64,000 nt of DNA from Lepidodermella squamata (lineage: Eukaryota; Animalia; Gastrotricha). The translations under genes were made by a program, and so were the position numbers. Numbering within the stretch: position 1 is the first letter of the stretch; each line of letters opens with the position of its first letter. Below the pieces are notes generated by a model. The model saw only the letters and a program-made list of their open reading frames with translations. It made no database searches and was not told the DNA's origin. Shown here one piece after another: positions 1-14,090 of this stretch. The stretch covers positions 434,001 to 498,000 of the forward strand of contig JBLDXI010000001.1 of assembly GCA_047495785.1 (NCBI GenBank), in the 5' to 3' direction.

Positions 1-137
1 GGTTGCCGCCGCTGCACAAAACAGCAGAAGTGGCCTCGAAACCTGTGAACAGGACGGGGTAGACTTGCAGAAATTAACAATGTTCGAAACTTACCAAACG
101 CAGCGCAGAGAAACAAAGCTTTCAGCAAGATTTGCAT
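1..137 (-). CDS. 5' end of a secreted or membrane protein gene running off the window; probable third cadherin-like paralog
   Basis: ATG at 137 gives MQILLKALFLCAAF, then a GT-AG intron at 94-43 (52 nt), then GFEATSAVLCSGGN. The signal peptide and phase-1 intron resemble the start of the cadherin gene at 32374 (MQVLLFLAA|V). TATA-like TATAAAA near 205. Not in the ORF track. Confidence 0.6.
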   Translation of the reverse strand, partial: MQILLKALFLCAAFGKFRTLLISASLPRPVHRFRGHFCCFVQRRQ

Positions 138-1172
138 TTCTATTAAAAGTAAAACGAAATTACAAACGGTGTGAGCAAAAGTTAGCAATCAATTGAAAGA
201 TATTTTATAAAATTGGTTAAAAGGAAATGATGCAATGCAGCGATGAATTTCAGATGATACGTTATTCAGTAAAAAAAATCGCCTACGCAATTGTCATGGG
301 AAGCGACTGTTGAAAGGCAGGGCGGTTTCTTTTTTGCAAGTTGTGAATACCTTTGAATAGGCATCGCCCTGCAAGTTCGCCCACGTGCCGCGACCTTGGC
401 GCATTTGTAAAACTCTCTTGCATCAATGCATCAATCACGGAAAATTCTAAGAAATCGGTGTAAATACATTTCAATTCATAGAATCTATTTATTAAGTTTT
501 TTCTGAAACATATTCATCCTTCGCGGACGTGGGAGTTTGAGTGCACCATTATTCAGTTGAATCACTTGGCCTTCCCACCATTTTTTACGTCATGAAATAT
601 TTGCGCGCCATTAATTTTGGGCGAAACCAGCCAAGGATTCTCCTATTAGTTGAGTGATGATTGGTGGAGAGACTTATAAAAGTAATTGTAGATTGAAGAA
701 TAGGCTAATTTTTTGATAATTAAACTATTCAGATATTCAGATTTCAGATAGGGCTTGGGAAAATTCGATTCACGGGGTAATTAATTTGATCCAAAAATAT
801 TACCGTAGCCCGATTAGCTACGCGGGCTATTAAAATTTTAACTTCGGTATTTTGAAAATTCGGAAATTAATTTTTGGTGAATTCTTCATTTTATGTTTTC
901 AAACCGACTTCATGCCTTAACCTTTCTCCGAGATTTCAACATTAGTATCCGTTTATTTCCTGATATGTCTGAAGAGTTAGGAATGATGCAGCCTAAAATA
1001 TTTATATTGCGTATAATAACCGGGGACACAATTTAAAAACTCTTATACGCGTGTAAAAAATGTACCGCACATGAACCTCAATCGAAATGGAAGATGAAAA
1101 TGCTCAACATATTATTTTATTTTTTCTTCAAATATATCGTCGATGCACTGAATATGATCAAATGGATTCTCA

Positions 1173-4100
1173 TCAAACTGTCGTGTGCCGAAGAGTGTTG
1201 CTCGGCATTTTCATTGAGCTGAAATTAAAAAGACAAATCAAAATTAGTTACAAAAAACATACTCGCAACTAACTCTACTATGCCTTCGCGTTTTGCCTTG
1301 CGTTGTAGTGCCCTGGCGATGCCCCACGCTGACAGAGCTAACACAAGAGCGCCCAGTAGCGAGCCGACAATTGCGCCGATCTCTGAGGAAAATAGAATAC
1401 TCCCGAATGAAAAAGAATCGATTAACGATCAAAAGACAAACCTTCAGGGGTTAATAAATCGCCGGATGAGCTCGCTTGACTTTCCATGCCATTGTCCGGT
1501 CTTGTAGTTCTCGGCAACGGTGTTGTCGATGTTGTTGAAGTTTTCCACAGCACAACAACAGTCAGAGTGCCAGTTGTCGTATAAAACCCGTTTGAACACA
1601 ACGCTTCCACGTAATAAAATGGTTCGTCGGAGTAGGAGAAGTTAGCCTGCGCTGTTGTTGAGATAGCGCCATTTGCTGCAATGCTGAACTTGTTGTAACC
1701 AGTGTTCGGCAGAACGTTGTAATTCCAACTCAGTTGCCGGTTGTCTTGATCAACGCACTTCGTGTTGTGAAGGCCGCCATAAACAACGCCAACTGAACCT
1801 TCTCGCACCGAGGCGACGCTTGGCAAGCTGGTGATAACGGGCGGTTGCGGGTCATCGATCAGACTCACGGTTAGCGTGAAGGTCGTCGCCATGCCGAAAC
1901 GATCAGTTGCCGTTGAAGTGATGACATAAACTGGTACTGATCTGTAGTTGAAATTCGGTTTGTCCACCGATCTTATAACTTAACAATTCGCCGATACTTC
2001 AAAAGATCATGAGATTTTTTAGAAAAAACCTACTTCCTTGGGGTGTTATATAGAACTTGCTGGGGGAGAAGGGATTTATATCTCGAATTTGATAAGTCAT
2101 AGTTAGCGACGAGTTGCTTCGAACTCGCATATCCCACAGCGATTGGGCAACAGTGACGTTTTCGTGCAAGAAAACTGTAGCACTCGTCAAATTCATGTAA
2201 GGCCCAGTGGGTATTTGAATGACATTGATGACTACAGAGCTCGTCACAGTCGGCAGTATCGTATTGAATGCCGCGAAAACCATCGTGTAAGAATTGATCA
2301 GGTTGTAGTTGAGTTGCGGGTTCAAGTTGTACCCAACAGCTGAGAAAGTCAAACTCTCAGAATTTCGAGAAAACACTAAATCGCTACTTACTCTGCGTAG
2401 TGCTGTTGTAGTAAAATTGCGAGGATCCGGAACTTGGCAAAATGCCAATGTAGGTGATGTTAACGGGATACAGTCCATTAGGATCGATAGCTTGAATTGA
2501 GACGAGATCAGTCGGACCCCAATATACATCTTCGCGTACTGAAACGTAAGCTGGCAACGACGTGAATTTCGCCGGTTTATCAACTCGGTCGATCGAAACC
2601 GTGATGGTGCACGTTGAAGTTGGCGATGTCTTTTGGTCACTGGCTTCTATCACGATGTAATAGATCGGATTACGGCTGAAGTCGAACATGGGACTTGTTC
2701 TTGCCACGGCAGCGTTGTACTCGAGCACTGATTTGTTAAAAGATTATACCGTGTTTTTTTCAAGTGGATGAAACTCACGGTTAGAGTACGGCGGAATGTT
2801 GAAAGCGTAGTTCCAAGTAGGCCGAACTTGGGTGATGTTGTAGTAGATCAAATCGTTCTCGCGATCAGTTGCCTGCAACGTGTATATGTACTTCTGCCCT
2901 GTCGCATCCTCCCTAACATTGGGGAAAACAGTCGCGGTTGGCTGGTTCGGCCCCGGTGGAGGCTGGGTAAAAGTTGGCGCCGTTTGATTCATCACAATGT
3001 AAACAACAAAGGTCGTCGTCGACGTAGCCGGCAAGTTAGGCGCTGGCGGCGAATCGACGCAACAAATAGTCAGCGTATAGGTTGGGGAGGTAAAGAAATT
3101 GAACCCAGGCGAGGCCGGCCCAATGTTCGTAGTGATTACTTCAAACATTAGAATAGTTTTTAAATTTATTAAAAATCTACAATTTGTACCATCAAGCGCT
3201 GGGTCGATGTAGAAGAATCCAGATGTATCGTAAGAGCTGAGAACGCCAGTTGCCGGGTTGCGGAAGTAAACTAGTCGCGGATCGTTCTCGCGATCAGCAG
3301 TTGTCAACGAAAAGATCGTTACATAGCCTCGAATCGACTCGGCAATCGATGTACTATTCTGTAAAAATAATCAATAGGCCTTCTTAGAATCGACATTTTT
3401 AGGTTGAATTTTACCGGTAAGTTGAGAAAAACTGGTGCTGTATTGACGCGTTGAATGAAGAAGGTTATCATTCCGGTAACAGTGTACGTTGGGGTGTAGG
3501 CGATGACGTTCAAGTATATCACTGGCGCCACTGAATTATTAAACATGGGCGGTGGATAGGAAGGGCTCGTTGAAATCGCTAGAAATTAATTAATTAGAAT
3601 TTATAACAAAATTTTGGTGCGAGCAACTTACTGGCCGTCGCCAACGGTGATGCAAAGGAGGAAGCTTGGCCGGATAGGAACCACATAGTATTTTGATTAG
3701 CTGGACTTTGACCGATCAGCGCGAACTGCAACGCTGCTTGATTAGCCTCTTTCGTGGCTGTAATGGGAACGCTCCAAGTCGTAGCAGTCTCCGGGATGAG
3801 TTGAAACTAAATTCAAATTTTAATCAAACACATATCTAACGGCAATTTTTGATGTGATTACCAAAGGGTAAGTGAGTATTGGTGGATCTTCAACGTTGAC
3901 GATGTTAACAGTCATAGTGAAGACAGGTGGTGCCATTGTTGATAACGGGTCGCTAACTATGACTTGCAAGGTGTACAACGAAGTAGCGGCTGCGTTGAAA
4001 GTCCACGTCGGAGCCGCTGCAGGACCGCTAGCTTGTCGATTGCTGTCGTAACAGATCGCTTTAAATTTGGTACAAACATTACTGATTACGCTTTTTTCAT

Positions 4101-6113
4101 TTCAAATAAAAATACCATTTCCGCTTAGGTAAAATGCGTTATGCGTTGGGGCGGTTACGAAGCTGTAAAGGAAGCTGATGTGACCATTGGGACTTGAAGC
4201 GCCCGAGATTGTGTAGAAGCACGCTTGGCCGGTTACATTTTCTTTGATGAAAGCTACATCCTATATCAAAACATGAAACATACTTATTGACGACGTGAAA
4301 TTATCGAATTAGCACTCACATTATTTGGAGTCAGAGTTGGTTGGTAGATACGCTGCAAAATGTTGATAATAACCGAAGACTGAAATTTGATGAATCGATG
4401 ATGAGTCTTTCAAGACAATATATTACGAATTATTACCGAAATTGTGAGAGTGGTTCCGCCGACTTGATTCATCAACCAAACCGTAACATTGTACTGCTGA
4501 TTAGCAGCGTAGCTCAGCGTTGCAGGTCCAACAGCTGCCGTTAGCCTAAGTCCAGCACACCGAACTGCGGTTGAAGCCACTGGAACACAGGCTGCGGTAC
4601 CAGTTATGTACGGCCCTCCAGTAAACGATATAGCCGGTGCGACATTTATGATAGCAAAAGTCGCCGTGTTCACCGCGGGGTTGAAATTCGGAATAATCGC
4701 CTGCATAGGGTAAAGCTGCAAGGGCCCTGTCGTTCCTTCAACCACAGAAATAGTAGCCTGTAATAAAAAAACCCAAATTCGAAAATGAAATTCGTTAGTG
4801 CTATTATAATCAAACCGGTAGATTGACCCAACTAGGGGTGGTCGGTGTGTTGAGAATGGTGATGTAGTACTGAAAAGTTGAAACCAACCCACCACCGTCG
4901 ATTGCTGTCACGTAGACGGTGAAAATCGGAACAGCCGCGCCGGAATATGAATATTGAAACATGTTCAAACAGGCTAATGCGCCGCCCCCGCATCGACTTG
5001 CGTCGTAGCTCAGCACTGATGTGTTGGTATTACTGCCGACAAACCGGGTGTTCGTGATGTAGAAGGGTATAGGGTTGACAGCGCCGACATTGGTCAAATC
5101 AACTCGTTGAACGTTAAGGTCGACTGTGTTGAATGCAGTTGTATAGATATCAGGGTCCGAAACGAATACGTTCATCGCTGGGCCGGCAAAGGTTCCAGAA
5201 ACTCCGTCATACTGATAAATCGAGACAGAATTTCCAGTCTGAGTAAATACCGGGTACTCATCTATAGAAAATCGGGTAATCTGTGTGGAGCAAATTTTGC
5301 ATATTTAAAACTCACTGCAATCTTTGACGTAAACAGTCAAATTTGCCAGGGCTTGGGCGTTACAAGCGTAACACCCAAGAGTCCTTTGCAGAACACGGAC
5401 TTGGTAAGAGAAGTTCGATGATGCGAGAGATTCGAAGTCAAGCCGGTTGTTAGGATTGATCGCCGCCATTGCAACTTAAGAGGAAAATATATTTTAGTTT
5501 TAAAATTAAGGTTGTTTCAATCCTTACATTGACAAACAGTAGGAGTTAAAAGCTGGCCATTAGTCGAAAACCAGCCGTCGTGGTTGCACTGCAGGCAGCT
5601 TCCACCCTGATTATTCCAGTTACCCCACCAATTGTTGTTGGTCTGGCAGTTACAGCAAGCGGAACAACCAAAGCATGGGTCTTGACAGCAGTTCCACCAC
5701 CACGGGTTGTTGACTCGACAGGTGCAATTGCAGCCACCACAGTTTCCACAGCCCCCGGCGTTATCGCAAGAGTTGAAGGTATTGACATCGAAAACAGCCG
5801 CCGCCGGGCCGGCTGGAACCGTTGTAGAGCAGGTAACGGTGTTGACGAAGATATTAACCGGTTGATTTTGCGAGTTGAAAGCCCGCAGCGACATGTTGAA
5901 GACACCGAGAAACAGCGTCGAGTTTTGGCACTCGTAGATGAATGACCATGTCGGAACTGGTTGCATGAAACTGACGTCAGTTATGAGACCGGCAGTCGAC
6001 GAGCCTAGAGCTGCGTTGAAGCCGGGGTTAGCCGCGCAACCGTTAGGCTGTCCCAAGACGGGACATGTCACGCTGAGAATCAGGACTAAACAAGCTATTA
6101 TAGTTGCAATCAT
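1173..6113 (-). CDS. Atypical cadherin-repeat type I membrane protein A (CDHR-like), multi-exon
   Basis: Signal peptide MIATIIACLVLILSVTCPVLG. About ten or more cadherin-like repeats with motifs such as PVFLNLP, VSVREDV, ATDRENDLIYY and AIDGGGL. Thr-rich stalk, then spliced TM IGAIVGSLLGALVLALSAWGIA and a short tail ending LRHTTV* (stop 1173-1175). Confidence 0.85.
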
Positions 6114-6686
6114 TTTTTGTTTTATTCTCGAATTGGACGGAATGATAGCAGAAGCAAACTTCTGGTCATTCAACCTACACTTCTTTTGATCGCCATTCAG
6201 CAGCCACTCGCCTATTCATGAGTGTGATGCAATTTTTTCGCACCGAATAACGCCCACGCTGATGTTGTAGGTGGAAATGCGGGGGCTTAATTCCACTATT
6301 CACTACCTTATACTTGGCTGTCAACGCGTTCTGCCGTTGAGTAGCGGGGAAGCTGTGATTCAGAACTACGAAAAATTGGGCCATAAAATGAAACGTGATC
6401 ATCTGCCTTATAAATATGTTCAACCCAGGGAAAAAATTCCGATCAAATTTAAAGCCGAAGTGTATCGGTTAACATTTCAGCTTCAATCTTGGGAAAATAA
6501 AATGTTTACTCAATATGAAACATCGGTTCACTTGATGTGAAAGTTTGCTCCAGAAAGCCACAGGTGACGTTTGTTGGCGCTTGTTAGGCGCGTGCCAAGG
6601 TTTGTCGCACGTGCGACCATGAAAGAAGGGGACGATTTTAATTACTTGAGTTATTTCATTCTTCCTTAATCAGAGTGCCTAAAAAC

Positions 6687-8179
6687 ATGGCAATAATTTG
6701 TTTTGTTTGCATTTTTTTACTTTCTTTGCTAACTGATACGAGGCTTTGCCGGGCCGCTAGAAAAATTCCGATTCGCCACCCGAGAGTTATCACCGAGAAT
6801 TACAAGCCGAGTCAAACGCTGAAATGGGCGCCTACCTCAGCTCCTGGTTTATGTCTGGAATTTAAGTTGAACTGTAAGCTCCTTTTGATTAACGCAATTA
6901 CGTAATTGCTATAAATAAAATTGACGTAGCTTTGGACATGGAAGACAGCGAGGAATGCGCCAATGACGTACTCGGTGTTTATGATGGTCAATCACAGCAG
7001 AGCAATTTGATATTCTGGACATGCGGTACCGATAAGAAGACACCGGTTTACTCATCAAGCCATCAGATTTTGATCGTGTTTAAAAGCGATTCGAACCCGG
7101 CAACTGTTGGCAAGGGCTTTTCGGCCGTAGTTAGTTCAGTCGCGTGCACCAACAACCCGACAACTCAGAGCGTTACTTTGGTTATACCTCCTAGCCTCCG
7201 AGTTGCAGTCGTAGCTACACCGACCACAACTACTACTCAGCGAACCACACCAAGGACTACACCTTACGTGCCACCAACTTGCGGAATACCAAAATATAAA
7301 CCTATTGAGCAGATGGCCGGAATGGCTCGGCATCGCCGCGATTCAACTGATAACGCTACAACTAGAATCGTTGGAGGCATCATCGCTCGGCCTCATTCGT
7401 GGCCTTGGCAAATCCTTATTTTCCATGACGGCACGCCAATTTGCGGCGGCACCCTCGTTTCTTCTCGCCATATAATCACCGCTGCTCATTGTTTCCCGTC
7501 AGACATAGCGAAAAAGCTCAACGAGTACGAAGTCTGGGCTGGTCGCCATTACAAATTCATTTTGGACACTGTTACTAAACGAGAGCAAAAGTTGAATGTC
7601 GATGAAATTATTATCCATCCCGAATACAAAAAGGTCAACGAACACGATTCTGACATAGCAATCATCCGCCTTGGAGCACCTGGAGCCATTTATGACGATT
7701 GGGTGCAGCCTGCCTGCTTGCCTTACAACGAAACTCACCATCCAGCCGACGGTGCATTTTGCTTCGTAACAGGATTCGGAGCTACTAAGGGAACCGGTGG
7801 AGACGAAGAGCTGAAACAAATAAAGATTCCAGTAGTCAAAAATGACGAATGCGCAAGTTGGGAAAAGACGCTCAAGGTTTGAACTGCAGATGATTCATTT
7901 AAAAATCAACAATTATGATTTTTTTTTATCTTTAAGAAATTCATGACACCTCGCATGATGTGTGCTGGCTTCAAAGAAGGTGGCCATGACTCGTGTCAAG
8001 GCGACTCTGGAGGTCCGTTGGTGTGCAAAATCGGTTCTAACGACAACTGGGTGCTTAATGGCGTGGTTTCCTACGGCATCGGCTGTGCGGAACAAAACAA
8101 AGTTGGAGTTTACGCTCGCGTTACCTCCATGTTGCAATTTATACATGAGAAAGTTTTCGACTATAAGCACGTTATCTAA
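6687..8179 (+). CDS. Secreted CUB-domain trypsin-like serine protease 1
   Basis: Signal peptide; CUB domain ([16 protein letters not shown]); Thr-rich linker; R-IVGG activation site; TAAHC, DSDIA and GDSGGP intact; S1 Asp in HDSCQ; two short introns. Confidence 0.92.
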
Positions 8180-8714
8180 TTAATACATCATACTTTTTTG
8201 TCGGTTTGATCACTTGCATCCTGTTGTTTTTACATTTCATTTTACCTGTTGGTCAATTGAATAAACGCGATCTTGGAAAAAATTGAAATTTTCGTCATTT
8301 TCCGCTTACCGACTGCGGAAACTAGAACTAAGCATCTGGATCTTTTGGCGTTCAGCAATTGTTAGCGGGATACGTTCAGCATATTGGCTTCAAGCTTCAA
8401 GGTGTCAAATGAATGGCAGTCCTATGAAACGGCTGTATTTCGCTGCTCGAATCAGGGTTAACAAATTTAGAATGCTCATCTCCATATGGCGAGGAAATTC
8501 CCCTTTCCTGGGTAAAAGTGCGCAAAGCTTTTACGCTTTTACGCTTCAAAAAGCTTATTTGAATTGTCAAAAATGGATAATATTAATAAATCAGAGCACT
8601 CGATTGGTTCATTGGTCGTATTGACATTTCAAATGCGAAAAACTCAATTATTGATTAATAAGAGCGATTAATAGAGCGATCCTTTATCCCTTTATTCTTT
8701 TTTTATTGCAATTA

Positions 8715-8910
8715 GGGTGTGTTTTTATTCACCCCGGAATTTCGCATAGCTGTGTAGGCACCGGATGACAGATTTTTCGATGTAAACACCAGAGGTTTTC
8801 GGGCAATGAAGTCATCTACACAGCTCCAAATTTTCATTTTCATTTTCATTTTAAGATGAGCTTCAGAAGTGGGCGACCCGAAAATTCGGGGTGAATAAAA
8901 AAACACACCC
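8715..8910. mobile_element. MITE, PIF/Harbinger (Tourist)-like
   Basis: About 28-bp terminal inverted repeats GGGTGTGTTTTTATTCACCCCG / CGGGGTGAATAAAAAAACACACCC, flanked by TTA on both sides (8712-8714 and 8911-8913). Confidence 0.75.
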
Positions 8911-9206
8911 TTAGGGTCGGAGAATACGTTTGAATCACATAGTTTAACTCGCCATAGACGGGCACGCGTCGGGCTAAAAACATGTAGCCAAAAGAACATG
9001 CCGAGACTCGTGTCAACATGATTGTTTTCCTCGTGTTATATGCTCCTGATAGCTGAAAATCTGGTCCCAATTACGCTGCTGTAGCAAATGGCGCCATTTT
9101 GGCGCCGAACTGCAATAGCTAGGTTTCTATAGCTTCAACTTTTAAATAAGATTTAATTTCTATCTGTACTAAAAACACACCTGGTTGTTGCCTCTGATTG
9201 TCGGAA

Positions 9207-10743
<1,537 letters not shown>

Positions 10744-10880
10744 CTCTTATGAACAATTAATTGTTTTCTTTGTAATAACAGTTTGTTTCGCTACGTTTTC
10801 GTATTGTCGTCAGGCAAAAAAATAAAACTTTTGTACGGTGTCTCTTTCCTTGTTTTAATATTATACGAAAAAATATTAAG

Positions 10881-12088
10881 TTAATTTTTATAAATATTCG
10901 GATTTATATAAGATTCGATTGGGTAGAAGCCAGATGGGTGATGGCGCTTCTGCGACCAAAATAGCTTGAAACCGGCGACGTCGCGCAATCGCCGGTAAGT
11001 TTCGATTGCGTCGACGTAGAATTTCGCGTCGGACTCAGCGCCGAGCGGCAGATGCCACTCCATGACCAGACTAGCGACTCGTTTAGCCAGGAAACCGCTG
11101 TCGATCGCCTGGCGAAGTGCCTCGACTTCAGCCCCTTCAGTGTCCACCTTCAACAGCGAAATCACTCGCTTAAGAAAACGAATAAAGAATAGAGTAAAAA
11201 ACCGCGGGAAATGAACTTAGGATACCTCATCATCATGTCCGAGAAATTCGCTTATTCCAGGTAGATTTTTCATCGTCCAGTAAGCATTTTGATTTTTATA
11301 AATTGAGCTGTCATGGCCCTTGCGGACCTCGTTGGCACCAGCAAGTCCGAATGGGAAAAACCGAACTCCTGATTCGCGCTTCGTAGCGTTTAATGGCAGA
11401 CTGGAAGATATTTATTAACATAGAAGCAAAAGTTGAATTGTTAGGATAGATACCTTGGATCGAATGAGTAGACCGAGCAGCCATTCTAATAACCAAACTA
11501 GTCGTCAGAGTCTTGGATCAAAAAAAGCTAAATTACCTCAGCCATTTTATCATCAAACGACCAGTCATCGGCTATTCTAAAATTAATCGAACATTTTATT
11601 TTCTTGAGGGAAAGCTAATTAAGGAGGAGATCAAACCCGAATGAATAAACCAAACATTCGTTGGGAGTATTTTTCAATTTGTAAGGCTCATCCTCGCATA
11701 GCCGATACATTTCCTGGCCAAAGAACCACATTTCATCACCGCCTACGGTCTTGATCAACTGACAGGCGGTGTTCGGCTCCCGTGACATGGCTAACATCGC
11801 TGATTGGTAGATATCGCTTTTAATCAACTGCGGGACATTAGCCGCTGATTCGCGACCGTCTTTCATCGCCGCAGCTCGGTATAATTTCCATGCATTTTCA
11901 GCATGTCGAGCGTAAACCTCCTCGTTACTGTAAAAGTTGAATACGTCCAACGTATCATCGGCTACCTCGCCACGGTAGTTGATGATTCTGTCGCCGGATA
12001 GCACCAGGTAAGCGAAAATGATGTTCAGAATAAGTGACAAAAATATCGGAGGCCAAGTTAATGCTTGAATAAATTGGGCCGAGCTCAT
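10881..12088 (-). CDS. METTL24-like (FkbM/Methyltransf_22-type) type II membrane methyltransferase, motifs intact
   Basis: N-terminal signal anchor IFLSLILNIIFAYLVL. Spliced motifs CLVYSFGIADDWSFD, GCSVYSFDPS, FFPFGL, LGH, LKVDTEGAE and LVMEWH. Confidence 0.85.
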
Positions 12089-12736
12089 AGCTCGCCGTTT
12101 TAATAATTTCAAATCGCGATATAAATTTTTCTATAGAATGTGATTCAGAGATTTTTTGCCTGAGATTGCCAGAGAAGATTTGCACTCAGATGCTAGCCTC
12201 TTGAAGAAAAGAATATATCATGCTGTTATCGTTTTAACGCATTAATCACGTCTTACGCTATATAAGTGTTAAGGTAGAATAAAGTTTGTACAAAAAAGTC
12301 GCTCATCTTGACAAAAAATATTGAAAACAGCTTAATGATGGCTCATAGCAAAACATGCCGCGAAATATTGAAACAGTTTATTGAATCATTCACTATTAGA
12401 CAAAAGCATTTTTACTCGAGTGAGCCTTTTTAATAAATGGAACAATGTAATGCGCACTAGTTTACCTGCGGCTACAGCTTTCTCGCCTTAAATATGCTTT
12501 AATTAGCTCGTTATCTATGAAAAATGTACTGTTGACTCGCTGATAAGCTGCTTTTTATGAAAAAATTCTTTCAATTACTTGAAATTATAAATAACCGTTG
12601 AATTCATCCGCGGCCTTGTCTTTTGGTTTATTCGCCCTATGCTCATCATTTATTTTATATGAAATTTTCTTTTTTGATATTTTGACAGGCCCAACCTCTA
12701 CTTTTTCGCCAAAATTGTTATAGGACTTAGCTATAA

Positions 12737-13886
12737 ATGAAAAGATACGCGCTGCTCGGGCGGTATTACGATGTCCGATCGGGGATTCTATCGATATCGA
12801 TGATTTTCAATTTAATCGGCTTGATTATAACATTAAACCGCCACGCTGAACCGCCTGTCGATGAACCTGGTTTAGATCCCCTCCCCAAACGGTTGCTCGA
12901 CGCTAAAAAATCGGAGCGGTTCTATCAAAGTCATTTCGAACGACTAGCGGCTATGTTCGTCTCGCAAAAATCAATCGAGAGCAACAAGATAATTGGTTAC
13001 ATGTACCACGAAACTTTGCTAGCTATGGCCAGCGAGCCAACGGTAGCTTGCCCCACGCCGTTACTAGCATTTGGAGATGATAGTACACGAGAAATGGGAC
13101 GGAAAGCGTTTCGAATCTGTCAGGAGAAGCCCTTCCCAATCACGTTTGACCGCAAAAAGTGTTTGGCTTACTCATTTGGGTAATAATTAGAATTTCTGTC
13201 TCCAACTTAACGATCCATCTCATTTTTTTTAGTTCCGCGGATTATGAAACTTTTGACAGAAAACTTAGAGAGGTTTGCCAACTCAGCAATTAACTGCATG
13301 AAATACAACGATCGAAAATTTAATTGCAGAAAGGCTGCTCGGTTTACTCGTTTGGGCTGAAGTGAGAACATTTATATCGAGTATTATCCGCCTCAATTTT
13401 TCTGTAGTTTGAAGTTTGACTTTGAGGAATCTTTCCCTTACGTATTGTCGAACGTAAATTCGGTGAAAAACGCGACATCACGCGCTGCACCAACTAAAAC
13501 TTTGGCAGCAATCAGTTTACAGCTCGATCATCACGAGGTATTTCATCTGAGTTCATTTTTCAACAATTAGCTGAAATAATTTTGATCGGCTATTTTAGCG
13601 AATTATCGATATTTTGAAGATCGACACGGCTACGGATGGTGTTTTAGGGCTACGGCAAGCTATAAATGACGGCTTTCTGGCTAAGCGAGTGGCTCGTCTC
13701 GTTATAAAATGGGACTTGCCAATCAACGAGACATTCAGTTCCGATCGCTATATGGAGATAGCCGGGACCTATCGAATGCTTCGCGACATTGCGATGTTCA
13801 AATTAATATGGACTCAAAAGGTTCATGTTTGGTGGGGTTTCCACGCTTTCGAATCATACATTAATTCTAAACTTTTAGTAAAATAA
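12737..13886 (+). CDS. METTL24-like paralog with degenerate motifs
   Basis: Signal anchor ILSISMIFNLIGLIITL. The frame stays open across four introns at the same positions as its neighbour. Motifs CLAYSFG, GCSVYSFGLN, LKIDTATDG, LRQAINDGFLAKRVA and ESYIN. Confidence 0.8.
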
Positions 13887-14090
13887 ATTTGACAGTCTCA
13901 GGGAGTGAATTCATCGTAACCCATGTTGATATCTTCGTAATGCAATAGCGCCAGATAAACAAATTAAATCCCTTACGTCATATTTCATCAAGGTGTTACC
14001 TCATGTGCCATTTGCTTGCGGAAAAAACGTATCTCAAAGGAAAGTTGCAATTAGAGATTTTCCAGTTGAACGTCAGGTAATTTTCCTAGA

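Noticed and set aside
5546-5945. Alternative-frame and antisense ORFs over the Cys-rich cadherin exon
   Set aside because: Shadow ORFs of the real coding frame, like the many antisense ORFs over other genes.
12737-13886. Calling the degenerate methyltransferase a pseudogene
   Set aside because: No stops or frameshifts after splicing and all splice sites are canonical, so it is kept as a CDS.
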